Shown: positions 20,003 through 30,913 of the stretch, piece after piece
How positions within the stretch are numbered: the stretch's first letter is position 1
Layout: the number at the start of each line of letters is the position of its first letter
Source: a bacterium
GTDB taxonomy: Bacteria; UBA8248
Reading direction: 5' to 3'
Length of the DNA: 64,000 nucleotides
NCBI GenBank assembly: GCA_965213625.1
Contig: CBDBZU010000004.1
Location: 2,112,001-2,176,000 of the forward strand
Position numbers and translations under genes: made by a program
Notes under the pieces: generated by a model
What the model saw: the letters and a program-made list of their open reading frames with translations, nothing else
Database searches by the model: none
Told to the model about the DNA's origin: nothing

Positions 20003-20386
20003 TCACGCAGTGAACGATTTTCCGCAGCCGCACATGCTCATGGCGTTGGGGTTGTTGATCTTGAAGCCGGAGCCCTGGAGGCTGTCGATGAAATCGATTT
20101 CCGTTCCCGCGATGACGGGATAGCTCTGCGGGTCCACGAACACGTCGAACTTCTCGGCGTGGAAAACCTTATCCTCCGGGTTGGCGGATTCCTCGAAATA
20201 GAGGCCATAGTTGTAACCCGAGCACCCGCCTGCGGTGACGGCCAGACGCAGCCCGTGACCGCTCTTGCCTTCCGCCTCGAGAATCTCGCTCACCTTCTGG
20301 TTGGCGAGCGGCGTAACCGTAATGCCTTCAAGGGCTTGTGGTTTTTCTTGGGATTGATCGAATAAAGTGACCGTTCCATCCGTCAT
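20003..20386 (-). CDS. HesB/IscA/ErpA family Fe-S carrier
   Basis: GGCSG, NPNA..CGCG.SF; AGGAG RBS before ATG 20386. Confidence 0.93.
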   Translation of the reverse strand: MTDGTVTLFDQSQEKPQALEGITVTPLANQKVSEILEAEGKSGHGLRLAVTAGGCSGYNYGLYFEESANPEDKVFHAEKFDVFVDPQSYPVIAGTEIDFIDSLQGSGFKINNPNAMSMCGCGKSFTA

Positions 20387-20603
20387 CTGTTGTTTCTCCT
20401 TGACCTTGTTGATTGCAACCAAGATTAATTGTGATATTCACATACTGAATATACTACTTTTTTGTCTTTTTGCAAAGGCTTGAGGCCCATATATCTTTGA
20501 AATACAGGCTTGTTCACGCAATAAGCCGCTTATTTCCTTCCAGGTCGGCGAGGCGTACTCCGGTGTAAATAAAAAAAGTCTGCATATTTTAATATTATAA
20601 AAC

Positions 20604-20632
20604 TTGACAGTTCATGACTAAGATATTATATT
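20604..20632 (+). promoter_or_regulatory. Sigma70 promoter of the clpB heat-shock locus
   Basis: TTGACA-17 bp-TATATT in an AT-rich region. Confidence 0.65.
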
Positions 20633-20781
20633 TCCCTTGCGTCATCAAGCCTCGGCCGCCTCCGGTATATCGGAATTGACGGGGTTTCAGGCGCCGGAAA
20701 ATTTATCGAAATACAGTGGAAATTTACCTGAATTTATCGAATATTACGGAAATTTTCACAATAGTATTCGGAGCATATTTC

Positions 20782-23412
20782 ATGAATTTTGAGCAATTCA
20801 CCCACAAGACGCAAGAGGCGCTCCAGCACGCCCAGGAGTCGGCCCAGACGAGAGGCCACCAGGGCGTCACGCCCGCGCACGTTCTCCAGGCGCTTCTGGA
20901 TCAGCCAGAAGGCGTGCTCGCTCCGCTGGTCGAGAAGGCGGGGCTGAAGGTCCACATCCTGAACCGTGAACTCGAAGCCTCCCTGGAGAAGCTCCCGAAA
21001 ATCGCCGCAAACGACGGCCCCCTGTATGTCACCCAGGAGTTGGCGACGCTCTTCCAGGCGGCGCAGCGCGAAGCGAAGGCCATGGCCGATGATTACGTGA
21101 GCGGCGAGCATCTGCTCCTGGCCGCACTTGAAAGTGGCGATGCGGAGGTCAAGAAAATTCTGCGCACGGCCGGTCTCGACCGAGAGGCCGCCCTCGCGGC
21201 GCTCAAGGATATCCGCGGAAGCCAGCGCATCACCGATCAGAACCCGGAAAGCCGCTACCAGGCGCTCGAGCGATTCGCAATCGACCTCACCCAACAGGCC
21301 GGTTCCGGCAAGCTCGACCCCGTCGTGGGCCGCGAGGAGGAGATCAGGCGCGTCATGCAGGTGCTCTCCCGCCGCACGAAGAACAATCCGGTGCTCATCG
21401 GGGATCCCGGCGTGGGCAAGACCGCCATCGTCGAGGGTCTGGCGCAGCGGGTCGTGGATGGCGACGTGCCCGAGGGCCTCAAAGGCAAGCGCCTGCTCAG
21501 TCTCGACATGGGTTCGCTCGTCGCGGGCTCCAAGTTCCGGGGCGAGTTCGAGGACAGGCTCAAGGCCGTGCTCAAGGAAGTGAGCGATTCCGCCGGCGAG
21601 ATCGTCTTGTTCATCGACGAGCTTCACACCGTCGTGGGCGCGGGCGCCGCGGAGGGGGCGGTGGACGCCTCCAATCTCCTGAAGCCGGCCCTCGCCCGTG
21701 GGGAACTCCACTGCGTGGGCGCCACCACGCTCGATGAATACCGGAAACACATCGAGAAGGACGCGGCGCTCGAGCGGCGTTTTCAGCCCGTGTTGGTCGA
21801 TGAGCCCGGCATGGAGGACGCCGTTTCCATACTGCGCGGCTTGAAGGAGAAATACGAGATTCATCACGGCGTCCGCATTCTGGACAACGCCCTTGTCGCC
21901 GCCGTCGCGCTCTCGCATCGCTACATCAGCGATCGCCATCTGCCGGACAAGGCCATCGATCTTATTGACGAAGCCGCGAGCGGCCTGCGTTTGGAACTCG
22001 ACAGTCTGCCCAAGGACATCGACAGGCAAGAGCGCGAGCTTCTCCGGTTGCGGATCGAGGAGCGCGCCCTGGAAGGGGAACAAGACGAGGACAGCCGGGA
22101 GCGTCTGGCGCAGATACGCGAGCGAATCTCCTCTCTCGATGTGCAGAGCCGGGCGCAGCGAAACCAGTGGGCGGATGAGAAAAAGGCCATTTCCCGGGTG
22201 CGTGAACTCAAGGAGCGCATCGAGGATTTGAAGGCCGAGGCCCAGCGCGCCGAGCGTGAGGGAGATTTGGGCCGGGCGGCGGAGCTTCGCTACGGCGGGA
22301 TCATCTCGGCTGAAAAAGAAATGGCCGAGGCGGAAGCCGACCTGGAAAAAGAGAGCAATGGCCGCATGCTGAAAGAGGAGATCACCGAGGACGACGTGGC
22401 CGCTATCGTGAGCCGCTGGACGGGCATCAACGTGAGCCGGCTGCTAGAGACGGAGCGGGAGAAGCTCCTGCAGATGGAGGAGAACATCCACAAACGCGTC
22501 GTGGGCCAGGAACCGGCGGTGGAGGCCTTGGCCGAGGCCGTGCGCCGCGCCCGTGCGGGCATCATGGACGAGAACCGCCCCGTCGGCTCGTTCATCTTCC
22601 TGGGACCCACCGGCGTCGGCAAGACGGAACTCGCCCGCGCGCTCGCGGAATTCCTGTTCGACGACGAGTCGGCGATGATTCGCGTGGACATGAGCGAGTA
22701 CATGGAAAAACATGCCGTCGCCAGGCTTATCGGCGCTCCGCCCGGATACGTCGGCTACGAGGAGGGGGGACAGCTCACCGAAGCCGTCCGGAGAAAACCC
22801 TATTCCGTGCTTTTGCTCGATGAGATCGAAAAAGCGCACCCCGAGACCTTCAACCTGCTCCTGCAGCTACTCGACGAAGGACGCCTCACGGACGGGCACG
22901 GCCGCACGGTCGATTTCAGGAACACAGTCATCATCATGACGAGCAACGTGGGAACCGCAGAGCTTGCGCGAACCAGGCTCGGTTTCAATAAAGGCAGCGT
23001 GGAGGAGACGGATGAGTCCGAAGAGGTGCTTGCGGAGCTTCGCAAGGTCTTTAGACCGGAATTCCTGAACCGGGTCGATGAGACCATCGTCTTCCGCGCG
23101 CTCACGAAGGAGCAGATCGCAGATATCGTGGAGATTCAGTTGCAAGAACTCGAAAAACGTCTCGAAGCGCAAAAGATCAAGCTGCGTCTCACGGACGCCG
23201 CCAGGAAATTCCTGGCCGAGCGCGGCTACGATCCCGTCTACGGAGCGCGGCCCCTCAAGCGCGCGATTCAGACTTATGTTATGAATCCGCTCAGCAGGAA
23301 GCTCCTCGCCGGGGAATTCGAGGCGGGAGAAACCGTGGAGGCGGACCACCCGGAGGGGGCGGATGCGCTTTCTTTCGCCGTGCTCGTGGAGGCGGAAGCG
23401 GTGAATACTTGA
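20782..23412 (+). CDS. clpB: ATP-dependent chaperone ClpB
   Basis: Two AAA+ modules ([16 protein letters not shown]), middle coiled coil, GARPLKR; likely start ATG 20782. Confidence 0.97.
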   Translation: MNFEQFTHKTQEALQHAQESAQTRGHQGVTPAHVLQALLDQPEGVLAPLVEKAGLKVHILNRELEASLEKLPKIAANDGPLYVTQELATLFQAAQREAKAMADDYVSGEHLLLAALESGDAEVKKILRTAGLDREAALAALKDIRGSQRITDQNPESRYQALERFAIDLTQQAGSGKLDPVVGREEEIRRVMQVLSRRTKNNPVLIGDPGVGKTAIVEGLAQRVVDGDVPEGLKGKRLLSLDMGSLVAGSKFRGEFEDRLKAVLKEVSDSAGEIVLFIDELHTVVGAGAAEGAVDASNLLKPALARGELHCVGATTLDEYRKHIEKDAALERRFQPVLVDEPGMEDAVSILRGLKEKYEIHHGVRILDNALVAAVALSHRYISDRHLPDKAIDLIDEAASGLRLELDSLPKDIDRQERELLRLRIEERALEGEQDEDSRERLAQIRERISSLDVQSRAQRNQWADEKKAISRVRELKERIEDLKAEAQRAEREGDLGRAAELRYGGIISAEKEMAEAEADLEKESNGRMLKEEITEDDVAAIVSRWTGINVSRLLETEREKLLQMEENIHKRVVGQEPAVEALAEAVRRARAGIMDENRPVGSFIFLGPTGVGKTELARALAEFLFDDESAMIRVDMSEYMEKHAVARLIGAPPGYVGYEEGGQLTEAVRRKPYSVLLLDEIEKAHPETFNLLLQLLDEGRLTDGHGRTVDFRNTVIIMTSNVGTAELARTRLGFNKGSVEETDESEEVLAELRKVFRPEFLNRVDETIVFRALTKEQIADIVEIQLQELEKRLEAQKIKLRLTDAARKFLAERGYDPVYGARPLKRAIQTYVMNPLSRKLLAGEFEAGETVEADHPEGADALSFAVLVEAEAVNT

Positions 23413-23466
23413 ATGCTCCCGGATGCGGGTGGGCCTTTCAATCCCGCGGAAGGAGGGTTCGGTTTT

Positions 23467-23686
23467 GTAGGTCAGACATATATGTCTGACATATGGGGTT
23501 GTTGAAAAAGTTAAGTTTCTGGAGCGGGCGGTATGGGAGTCTTACGCAACGGTGGAAGGGAAGCCAGCTCAGCGCAAGCGGGTGTGATTGGTCGTGTAGG
23601 TAGCGCTCCCTTGTTGGGTGCGCTACATATATGCGGCCCATGGTCGGCAGGCATAAAAGGCAGGGTCGCATATATGCGACCCCTAC
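23467..23686. repeat. REP-like cluster A: three GTAG-footed palindromes plus an IS-end-like motif
   Basis: GTAG+GTCAGACATATATGTCTGAC; GGGGTTGTTGAAAAAG; GTAG+GTAGCGCTCCC-N5-GGGTGCGCTAC; GGGTCGCATATATGCGACCC+CTAC. Confidence 0.85.
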
Positions 23687-23731
23687 AACCGATAAAACTT
23701 TAATTTTGTATCCCGATAAGGAGAAAGTTAG

Positions 23732-25651
23732 ATGTCGAAGGTAATCGGAATTGATTTGGGCACTACCAACTCGGTCGTATCCGTCATGGAGGGTGGGCAG
23801 CCTACGGTCATCGCCAACCAGGAGGGCAACCGCACGACGCCCAGCGTCGTGGCGTTCACCGACGATGGGGAGAAACTCGTTGGCCTCGTGGCCAAGCGCC
23901 AGGCGGTCACGAACCCGACCAGGACCATTTATTCCGCAAAACGCTTCATGGGCAGGCGTTTCGCGGAAGTGCCCGAGGAAGTCACCATCGTACCGTATGA
24001 GGTCGTGAAGTCGGACAGCGGCGACGCGCGCATTAAAATCGACGGCAAGGAGCACGCCCCACCCGAGATATCGGCGAGCGTGCTGCAAAAGCTCAAACAG
24101 GCCGCGGAGGACTATCTCGGCGAGCAGGTGACGGAAGCGGTCGTCACGGTGCCGGCGTATTTCAACGACAGCCAGCGCCAGGCGACGAAGGACGCCGGAA
24201 AAATAGCTGGCCTGAACGTGCAGCGCATCATCAACGAGCCGACGGCCGCCGCCCTCGCCTACGGACTCGACAAAAAGGCGGATCAGACCATCGCGGTCTA
24301 TGACTTCGGCGGCGGCACGTTCGACATCTCCATCCTCGAGGTGGGGGACAACGTGGTCGAGGTGAAGGCCACGAACGGAGATACGCATCTGGGCGGCGAC
24401 AACATCGACCACCGGATCATCGAGTGGATGGCCGAGGAGTTCAAGAAAGACCAGGGCATCGACATCTCGGGCGATCCCATGGCGCTTCAGCGTCTGCGAG
24501 AGGAATCCGAAAAGGCGAAAATCGAGCTGTCGAGTTCGATGGAGACGACCATCAACCTGCCCTTCATCACGGCGGACGCTTCGGGCCCCAAGCACCTGAA
24601 CCTGAAACTCACGCGCGCGAAACTCGAGCAGCTGACCGGCGATCTGGTGGAGAAGACGCTGGCGCCCTGCCGCCGCGCGCTGGATGACGCCAAGGTCCAG
24701 CCCGGCGACATCGACGAGGTCGTGCTGGTGGGCGGTTCGACGCGAATGCCGCTGGTGCAGGAGACGGTGGAGAAATTTTTCGGCAAAGAGCCCCACAAGG
24801 GCGTGAACCCGGACGAGGTCGTGGCGGTCGGAGCGGGCGTGCAGGGCGGCGTGCTCGCCGGAGACGTCAAGGACGTTCTGCTGCTCGACGTCACCCCGCT
24901 CTCCCTGGGGATAGAGACGCTTGGCGGCGTGTCCACCAAGCTCATCGAACGCAACACGACGATACCCGTCAAGAAGAGTGAAACCTTCTCTACGGCGGCT
25001 GACAACCAGCCCTCCGTCGAAGTGCACGTCTTACAGGGCGAGCGCGAGATGGCCTCGGGCAACCGCTCGCTGGGCAAGTTCCATCTCGTCGGCATCCCCG
25101 CTGCGCCCCGGGGCGTTCCCCAGATTGAGGTGACGTTCGACATCGATGCCAACGGCATCGTGAACGTCTCCGCCAAAGACCTGGGCACCAGCAAGGAGCA
25201 GGCGATCACCATCACGAGTTCGAGCGGCCTCTCTGAGGAGGAGATCAACAACATGGTGTCCGATGCGGACGAGCACGCCGAGGAGGACAAGAAGCGGCGC
25301 GAGGCCGTCGAGGCGAGGAACATGGCCGACAGCATGGCGTATAGCACGGAGAAGATGCTCAAGGAGAACGAGGACAAGGTTTCGGCCGAAGACAAGAAAG
25401 AGATAGAAGACGCCATCGTCGCGCTCCGGGCGGTTCTGGAGAAAGAAGACGCGACGGTGGAGGAGATCAAGGAAGCGCAGGAAAAACTCGAGGCGGCCTC
25501 GCACAAGCTCGCGCAGGCGATGTACGAACAGGCGAGCCAGGCAGACGGCGCCGCCGCCGAGACCCCGGAGTCCGGCGGTGGGGAGAACGGCGCGCCCGCG
25601 GGCGACGTCGTGGATGCCGAGTTCGAGGAAGTGGACAAGGACAAGCCCTAA
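23732..25651 (+). CDS. dnaK: Chaperone DnaK
   Basis: [34 protein letters not shown]. Confidence 0.99.
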   Translation: MSKVIGIDLGTTNSVVSVMEGGQPTVIANQEGNRTTPSVVAFTDDGEKLVGLVAKRQAVTNPTRTIYSAKRFMGRRFAEVPEEVTIVPYEVVKSDSGDARIKIDGKEHAPPEISASVLQKLKQAAEDYLGEQVTEAVVTVPAYFNDSQRQATKDAGKIAGLNVQRIINEPTAAALAYGLDKKADQTIAVYDFGGGTFDISILEVGDNVVEVKATNGDTHLGGDNIDHRIIEWMAEEFKKDQGIDISGDPMALQRLREESEKAKIELSSSMETTINLPFITADASGPKHLNLKLTRAKLEQLTGDLVEKTLAPCRRALDDAKVQPGDIDEVVLVGGSTRMPLVQETVEKFFGKEPHKGVNPDEVVAVGAGVQGGVLAGDVKDVLLLDVTPLSLGIETLGGVSTKLIERNTTIPVKKSETFSTAADNQPSVEVHVLQGEREMASGNRSLGKFHLVGIPAAPRGVPQIEVTFDIDANGIVNVSAKDLGTSKEQAITITSSSGLSEEEINNMVSDADEHAEEDKKRREAVEARNMADSMAYSTEKMLKENEDKVSAEDKKEIEDAIVALRAVLEKEDATVEEIKEAQEKLEAASHKLAQAMYEQASQADGAAAETPESGGGENGAPAGDVVDAEFEEVDKDKP

Positions 25652-25675
25652 GCGTCCTGCCCGGATGAGGATGGT

Positions 25676-26629
25676 ATGCCTAAGCGTGATTATTACGAGG
25701 TGCTGGGAATCGACCGGAGCGCTTCGGAAGCGGAACTGAAACGCGCTTTCAAAAAGCTCGCGCGCAAGTATCACCCCGACGTCAATCCGGGGGATGCCAA
25801 GGCGGAGGAGCGTTTCAAGGAAATCAGCGAGGCCTACGCCGTCATCTCGGACCCGGAGAAGCGCAGAAAATATGACGCCATGGGGCATGCCGCTTTCGGC
25901 GGGGGCAGTCCCTGGGGCGGAGGCGCCCCACCCGGAATGGAAGACATTCTGCGCGAATTCGGCCTGGGCGATATTTTCGGTGGCGTGTTCGGCGGCGCGC
26001 GCGGTGGCGCTGCCCGCGGCGGCTACCACGCGCAACCCCAGGCCCCCCGGCGGGGTCAGGACGTGAACTACTCGATGGAGATAGGCTTCGACGATTCCCT
26101 GAAGGGGCTCAACACCACCATCACCGTGCCCAAGACCACGCAAGAGAACGGGAAAATCCAGCACACTACCGAACGCATTCAGGTAAAAATTCCGCCCGGC
26201 GTCTCGAACGGTTCGCGAATCCGCCTGGCGGGCAAGGGGGAAGCCTCCCTGAACGGGGGGCCGCAGGGGGACCTCTTCATCGTCACAAAGGTGCGGGAGC
26301 ATCCTTTCTTCGAGCGAAAAGGGGATAATCTGTATCTCGAGCTTCCCGTCAGCCTCGGTGAGGCGCTTCTGGGCGCGCGCGTGGAGATCAACACCTTCGA
26401 GGGGGTGACGAAGATGACGATTCCCCCTTCGACCCAGAACGGTCAGGTTTTCAGGCTTTCGGGCAAGGGTGCGCCGAAGCTCAAAGGCTCGGGCAAAGGC
26501 GATTTGTTCGTCCGGGTCCAGGTCTTGTTGCCGGATCAGATGGATGAGGAAAGCAAGGAAATCGTCCGCGAACTCGAAAGTCGCAACCCCACGTCGCCGC
26601 GGGCGAACATGACGGGTGTGAGCATGTAG
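25676..26629 (+). CDS. Class B J-domain protein (CbpA/DnaJ-like, no Zn finger)
   Basis: HPD J domain, G/F region, C-terminal domain, no CxxCxGxG repeats. Confidence 0.92.
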   Translation: MPKRDYYEVLGIDRSASEAELKRAFKKLARKYHPDVNPGDAKAEERFKEISEAYAVISDPEKRRKYDAMGHAAFGGGSPWGGGAPPGMEDILREFGLGDIFGGVFGGARGGAARGGYHAQPQAPRRGQDVNYSMEIGFDDSLKGLNTTITVPKTTQENGKIQHTTERIQVKIPPGVSNGSRIRLAGKGEASLNGGPQGDLFIVTKVREHPFFERKGDNLYLELPVSLGEALLGARVEINTFEGVTKMTIPPSTQNGQVFRLSGKGAPKLKGSGKGDLFVRVQVLLPDQMDEESKEIVRELESRNPTSPRANMTGVSM

Positions 26630-26690
26630 TGATGGGCGGATGCGGGTATGGGCGCGAGCAGACATATGAGGATAGGCTCTGGAGAGGATA

Positions 26691-27098
26691 ATGGCGCGTA
26701 GGGGCGTAAGAAACGGGCGCTACACCATCAGCGCGGTGGCCGAGATGTTCGAGATTCACCAGCAGACGCTCAGAATGTATGAGCGTCAGGGTCTCATCGA
26801 ACCGGGCCGCAGCGAGGGCGGGACGCGCTATTACTCCGAAGCAGATATCGATCAACTCGAAGTCATCATGGCGCTCACGCGGGACATGGGCGTGAACCTG
26901 GCGGGCGTGCAGGTCATCATCGAGCTTCGCGAGAAGCTGATGAGCGCGCTCGAACGCCTGGGCGAACTCGAGGAATTGATAGAGAGCCGGGCGTTCGAGG
27001 AATTCCGCGAGCAGATGAGCAACGCAACGCCCGATATGCAGGCCATGATACCTTCGGTCGCCGCCAAACTCGTGCATATCAGGAGGAAGCGGTTGTGA
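26691..27098 (+). CDS. hspR: MerR-family heat-shock repressor, HspR-like
   Basis: [42 protein letters not shown]; follows a J-protein gene. Confidence 0.85.
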   Translation: MARRGVRNGRYTISAVAEMFEIHQQTLRMYERQGLIEPGRSEGGTRYYSEADIDQLEVIMALTRDMGVNLAGVQVIIELREKLMSALERLGELEELIESRAFEEFREQMSNATPDMQAMIPSVAAKLVHIRRKRL

Positions 27099-27955
27099 GC
27101 ACGAATTCCATAAAATCCTTTTTGCTGCTCGGTTTGCTGACGGGGCTGATTCTGCTCATCGGCAATCTCCTCGGCGGGACGACCGGGCTGGTCATCGCCC
27201 TGGTGCTCGCGGTGGGCATCAACGGTTACAGCTACTGGTATTCGGACAAAATCGTTCTCGCCAGCACGGGCGCGAGCGAGGTGCTTCCCGAACATGCTCC
27301 CGAACTCTACGGCATGGTGGCGGACCTCGCCCGGCGCGCGAACCTGCCCATGCCGCGCGTCTACGTTATCCCCGAAGATGCGCCGAACGCTTTCGCCACG
27401 GGTAGAAACCCCGAGAACGCCGCCGTCGCCTTCACCGAGGGAATTTTGCAGGACCTGAATAGAGAAGAACTCGAAGGCGTGGCCGCGCACGAACTTGCCC
27501 ACATCAAGAACCGCGACATTCTTCTGAGCACGGTCGCCGCCTCTCTCGCGGGCGCCATCATGTATCTCGCGCAGATGGCGCAGTTCGCCGCGTTTTTCGG
27601 CGCATACGGCCGGGGCGACGACGAGGAGGGCGGCGGCGGAGGCCTGTTGGGAATCATCGTCGCCGCCATCGTGGCCCCCATCGCCGCGACGCTGCTTCAG
27701 ATGGCGGTGAGTCGCTCGCGCGAGTATCTCGCCGACGCCACGGGCGCGCAAATCGCGGGTACGCCGGTCGGTCTGGCGAACGCCCTGCATCGCCTCGATG
27801 AGGCCGCCCACCGCGAGGAACTCCACTGCGCGAGCGAGGCGACGGCCCACATGTACATCGTCAACCCCCTTGCGGGCGGTGGTCTGGCGAATCTTTTCAG
27901 CACGCACCCGCCGATGGAGGAGCGGATTCGGCGGCTGATGGAATTGAGATACTAG
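27095..27955 (+). CDS. htpX: Zinc metalloprotease HtpX (M48)
   Basis: PNAFATG, HELAH, SR.REY.AD, STHPP..ERI. Confidence 0.95.
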   Translation: MSTNSIKSFLLLGLLTGLILLIGNLLGGTTGLVIALVLAVGINGYSYWYSDKIVLASTGASEVLPEHAPELYGMVADLARRANLPMPRVYVIPEDAPNAFATGRNPENAAVAFTEGILQDLNREELEGVAAHELAHIKNRDILLSTVAASLAGAIMYLAQMAQFAAFFGAYGRGDDEEGGGGGLLGIIVAAIVAPIAATLLQMAVSRSREYLADATGAQIAGTPVGLANALHRLDEAAHREELHCASEATAHMYIVNPLAGGGLANLFSTHPPMEERIRRLMELRY

Positions 27956-27976
27956 GTCCTGGGAGGAAGTCGTTTC

Positions 27977-28693
27977 ATGAAAGCCAAGGATGTAAAAGTC
28001 GAGACGGAAAACGGCGATGGCGCGAAGGCCGAAGCCGAAGCAGCAGAGTCGGTGGATTCGGGCGATGCGGAGGCGGAAACAAAGGAGAAGCCGCGCGTCG
28101 TGGACAGGCGGCGCGTCCGCGAAGACGGCGAGGTGAGCGAGGAGAGCGCCGGGGAGGCAGAAGAAGCCCCGCGCGTGCCCGCCTACGTGGAACAGCTTCA
28201 GGCGAAGGTCGCTGCCGCCGAGGAGAAGTTCAAGGAGTATGTCGATAAGATCGACAAGGATACGGCTGATTTCAGGGCGCGTCAGGAGCGCGAGATGGAG
28301 CGCAGGACCCAGGAGGTGAAAAAACAGGCGGTATCGGGCTTTCTGAGCATCGCCGACGATCTGGCGCGCGCCACGGCGGCCGTGGACGGAGGACCCGCTG
28401 AGGGGGAGAAGGGAAAGACTCTCGATACCCTCGTGCAGGGGGTCCGGATGATTCAGGGCCGGTTCTTTCAGGAACTCTCGAACCTGGGCGTAGAACCTCT
28501 CTCGGCGATGGGCGTCGCCTTCAACCCGGAAGAGCACGAGGCGGTGCGGATGGTCGAGGTGGACGATGAGGCGCAGGACGGCCTGGTGGTGGAGGAGTTG
28601 GCTTGCGGCTACAAGCTGGGCGACGCGGTTTTGAGACCGGCGCGCGTCTCTGTGGGCAAGTACGCGGGTGGGCAGCCGGACTCGCGCCCTTGA
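27977..28693 (+). CDS. grpE: Nucleotide exchange factor GrpE
   Basis: FNPEEHEAV, GY.LGD.VLRPARV.V. Confidence 0.93.
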   Translation: MKAKDVKVETENGDGAKAEAEAAESVDSGDAEAETKEKPRVVDRRRVREDGEVSEESAGEAEEAPRVPAYVEQLQAKVAAAEEKFKEYVDKIDKDTADFRARQEREMERRTQEVKKQAVSGFLSIADDLARATAAVDGGPAEGEKGKTLDTLVQGVRMIQGRFFQELSNLGVEPLSAMGVAFNPEEHEAVRMVEVDDEAQDGLVVEELACGYKLGDAVLRPARVSVGKYAGGQPDSRP

Positions 28694-28752
28694 ACCGGAT
28701 TCGTGCGCATAGTATTGTCGCGTGTTTTCGATTTTCAGGATGAAGGGAAAGT

Positions 28753-29901
28753 ATGAGCAAGCGTGACTATTACGAAGTGCTGGGCGTAAGCCGCGATGCG
28801 GACGACGCCGAGATCAAAAAGGCGTATCGCACGCTGGCGATGCAGCATCATCCGGATCGCAACCCCGGCGATGCGAAGGCGGAGGAGTTGTTCAAGGAAG
28901 CCTCCGAGGCCTACCAGGTGTTGAGCGAGCCCGAGAAGAGGAGCGCCTATGATCGCTTCGGTCACGACGGGCTTCGGGGATTGGGACATCAGGGATTTTC
29001 GAACTTTGACGACATCTTCTCCTCGTTCGGGGATATTTTCGGCGATCTGTTCGGCGGCGTGTTCGCAGGCTCTCGCGCGCGCCGCGACGGGCCGCGCCAG
29101 GGCCGGGACCTCGCCTATCAACTGGAGATGACGTTCGAGGAAGCGGCTGTAGGCATCGAGCGTGAAATCGAGTTCGAGCGGCCCACCGAATGCGTCTATT
29201 GCGGCGGCAGCGGGGCCAAGTCGCCCGATGCGATTCGCGAGTGCCCATCCTGCGGCGGCAGCGGCCAGATGACCTACCGCCAGGGTTTTATGACGTATTC
29301 CACCACTTGCTCGGATTGTAACGGCGCAGGGAGGCGAATCACTGAGCACTGCGAGGAATGCAGTGGCGCTGGCCGCCGTCTGGAGCAGAGGAAGATGAAG
29401 GTGAAGATTCCTCCCGGCGTGGACGAAGGCGCCAGGCTGCGTCTTCGAGAAGAAGGAGAAGGGGGCGCCAAGGGCGGGCCGTCGGGTGATTTGTTCGTCG
29501 TCGTCTCCCTGCTTGCGCATGAGGAATTCGAGCGCAACGGGGCGGACGTGGCGAGTCAGGTATCCGTTTCGTTCTCGCAGGCCGCCCTGGGCGATACGGT
29601 GAAGGTGAGGACGCTCTATGGAGAATCCGAGCTCGATATACCCAAGGGGGTGCAGTCTTCGGACGTGCTCAGCCTGAGGGGCGAGGGATTCCAGCTCCTC
29701 GGCAGGAAAGGGCGCGGCGATCACATGTTTTTGGTTCACGTCCTGACGCCGACGAAGTTGACGCCGGATGAGGAAAGGCTGTTTGGCGAATTGTCGGAAA
29801 TCGAACGTGAAAAGGCGGAGAAGAACGGAGCCGGAAGAAATGAGGAAAATGGCGCCGGGAAAAAGGGCATTCTCGATAAGTTGGGTTCTCTTTGGGGATA
29901 A
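28753..29901 (+). CDS. dnaJ: Chaperone DnaJ (class A)
   Basis: HPD J domain and four CxxCxGxG repeats. Confidence 0.96.
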   Translation: MSKRDYYEVLGVSRDADDAEIKKAYRTLAMQHHPDRNPGDAKAEELFKEASEAYQVLSEPEKRSAYDRFGHDGLRGLGHQGFSNFDDIFSSFGDIFGDLFGGVFAGSRARRDGPRQGRDLAYQLEMTFEEAAVGIEREIEFERPTECVYCGGSGAKSPDAIRECPSCGGSGQMTYRQGFMTYSTTCSDCNGAGRRITEHCEECSGAGRRLEQRKMKVKIPPGVDEGARLRLREEGEGGAKGGPSGDLFVVVSLLAHEEFERNGADVASQVSVSFSQAALGDTVKVRTLYGESELDIPKGVQSSDVLSLRGEGFQLLGRKGRGDHMFLVHVLTPTKLTPDEERLFGELSEIEREKAEKNGAGRNEENGAGKKGILDKLGSLWG

Positions 29902-29971
29902 GCGTCTATTCGGGCGGAACGAGAAGAGGCGGGGTTCAACAGCCCCGGCACCAGACGCCGGAGGATAAGCA

Positions 29972-30502
29972 ATGGATGATGAAAACGTAGAAGAAAAGGG
30001 GTTCAAGGTTTCCGACCGGAGATTCTCCGTGAGGGGATATGAGGATGAAGAATCGCCTGCTGCGGGAGGTGAAGGGCAGTTGCTCTCCGCGGATGCGGCC
30101 GATGCAGAGATGAGTCCGCAAACCGGCGCGTTTTCCCCGAAACCTGAGCCGATGGAAGCCGAACCGGCTCCACCCCGGGCTCCGGAAGTTCCGCAGCCGG
30201 AAGCCGAGGAAAGAGCGCAGCCTGATGGTGACGAGGCGGACGGGGAAGAGGAGGAAGACAGGAGTTTCGAGATGCTCATCGCCATCGTGCAGCAAAACAC
30301 ACTGGCGGCAATGGGCATTCACCCCCAGACGGGGGAGCGCATAGGAGCGGCGGACCCGCGCAGCTCGAAACTATTCGTAGATTTGTTCGGCGTTCTCAAG
30401 GAGAAGATGCAAGGCAATCTTTCTGAGGAAGAGGAACAACTATTGAATCAGGTTCACTCTGATTTGCAAATGATATATGTTCGGGAGGTTGGGTTTGGTT
30501 AG
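29972..30502 (+). CDS. DUF1844-like protein
   Basis: GFKVSDRR N-terminus; AMG..P.TGE, LKEK..GNL..EE..L...H.DLQM.YV. Confidence 0.7.
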   Translation: MDDENVEEKGFKVSDRRFSVRGYEDEESPAAGGEGQLLSADAADAEMSPQTGAFSPKPEPMEAEPAPPRAPEVPQPEAEERAQPDGDEADGEEEEDRSFEMLIAIVQQNTLAAMGIHPQTGERIGAADPRSSKLFVDLFGVLKEKMQGNLSEEEEQLLNQVHSDLQMIYVREVGFG

Positions 30503-30582
30503 GCCCGGAAGATCGGCGAGGCGCCGGTCTGTTGCGCGTCATCCCCAATCGTCCTTTTTATTTACCTCTTGCGGGAGATTAC

Positions 30583-30858
30583 ATGACCGTGTCTACGTCT
30601 TATGACGAGATGTTCGAAGAAGCGCTCGGTATCGTCAAGAATCGTTTCTTGCTTTCGGTGCTGCTCGCCAAGCGGGTGGCCCAACTCAGGCGGGGTGCGG
30701 AGCCTCTGGTTCCCTCACAGTCCCACGAGACGCCCGAGCAGATCGTGTTTCGCGAAATCATCGAAGAAAAACTGGAGTGGCGAAAGACAGCGTCGGCCAT
30801 GGATTTGACCGACGTTGACCAGGGTTTCATGGATGTCGGGTTCGACGACGAGGCGTAG
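30583..30858 (+). CDS. rpoZ: RNA polymerase omega subunit
   Basis: NRFLL..L.AKR..QL..GA.PLV, REI. Confidence 0.88.
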   Translation: MTVSTSYDEMFEEALGIVKNRFLLSVLLAKRVAQLRRGAEPLVPSQSHETPEQIVFREIIEEKLEWRKTASAMDLTDVDQGFMDVGFDDEA

Positions 30859-30881
30859 TATCGCTTGAAAGCGCAAGCCGG

Positions 30882-30913
30882 CCGCTGCCCCGTTCACCGG
30901 GCAGCGGTTTTTT
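30882..30913 (+). terminator. Intrinsic terminator after rpoZ
   Basis: CCGCTGCCC...GGGCAGCGG followed by TTTTTT. Confidence 0.75.

Noticed and set aside
20003-20386. HesB-like selenoprotein
   Set aside because: All three conserved Cys are normal codons and the terminal TGA is followed immediately by TAA
10936-20400. Possible integrative island at tRNA-Leu
   Set aside because: No integrase and no convincing duplicate of the tRNA 3' end was found in the window
23467-23686. Palindromic repeats as a CRISPR array
   Set aside because: Units differ, are inverted and irregularly spaced, and no cas genes are present
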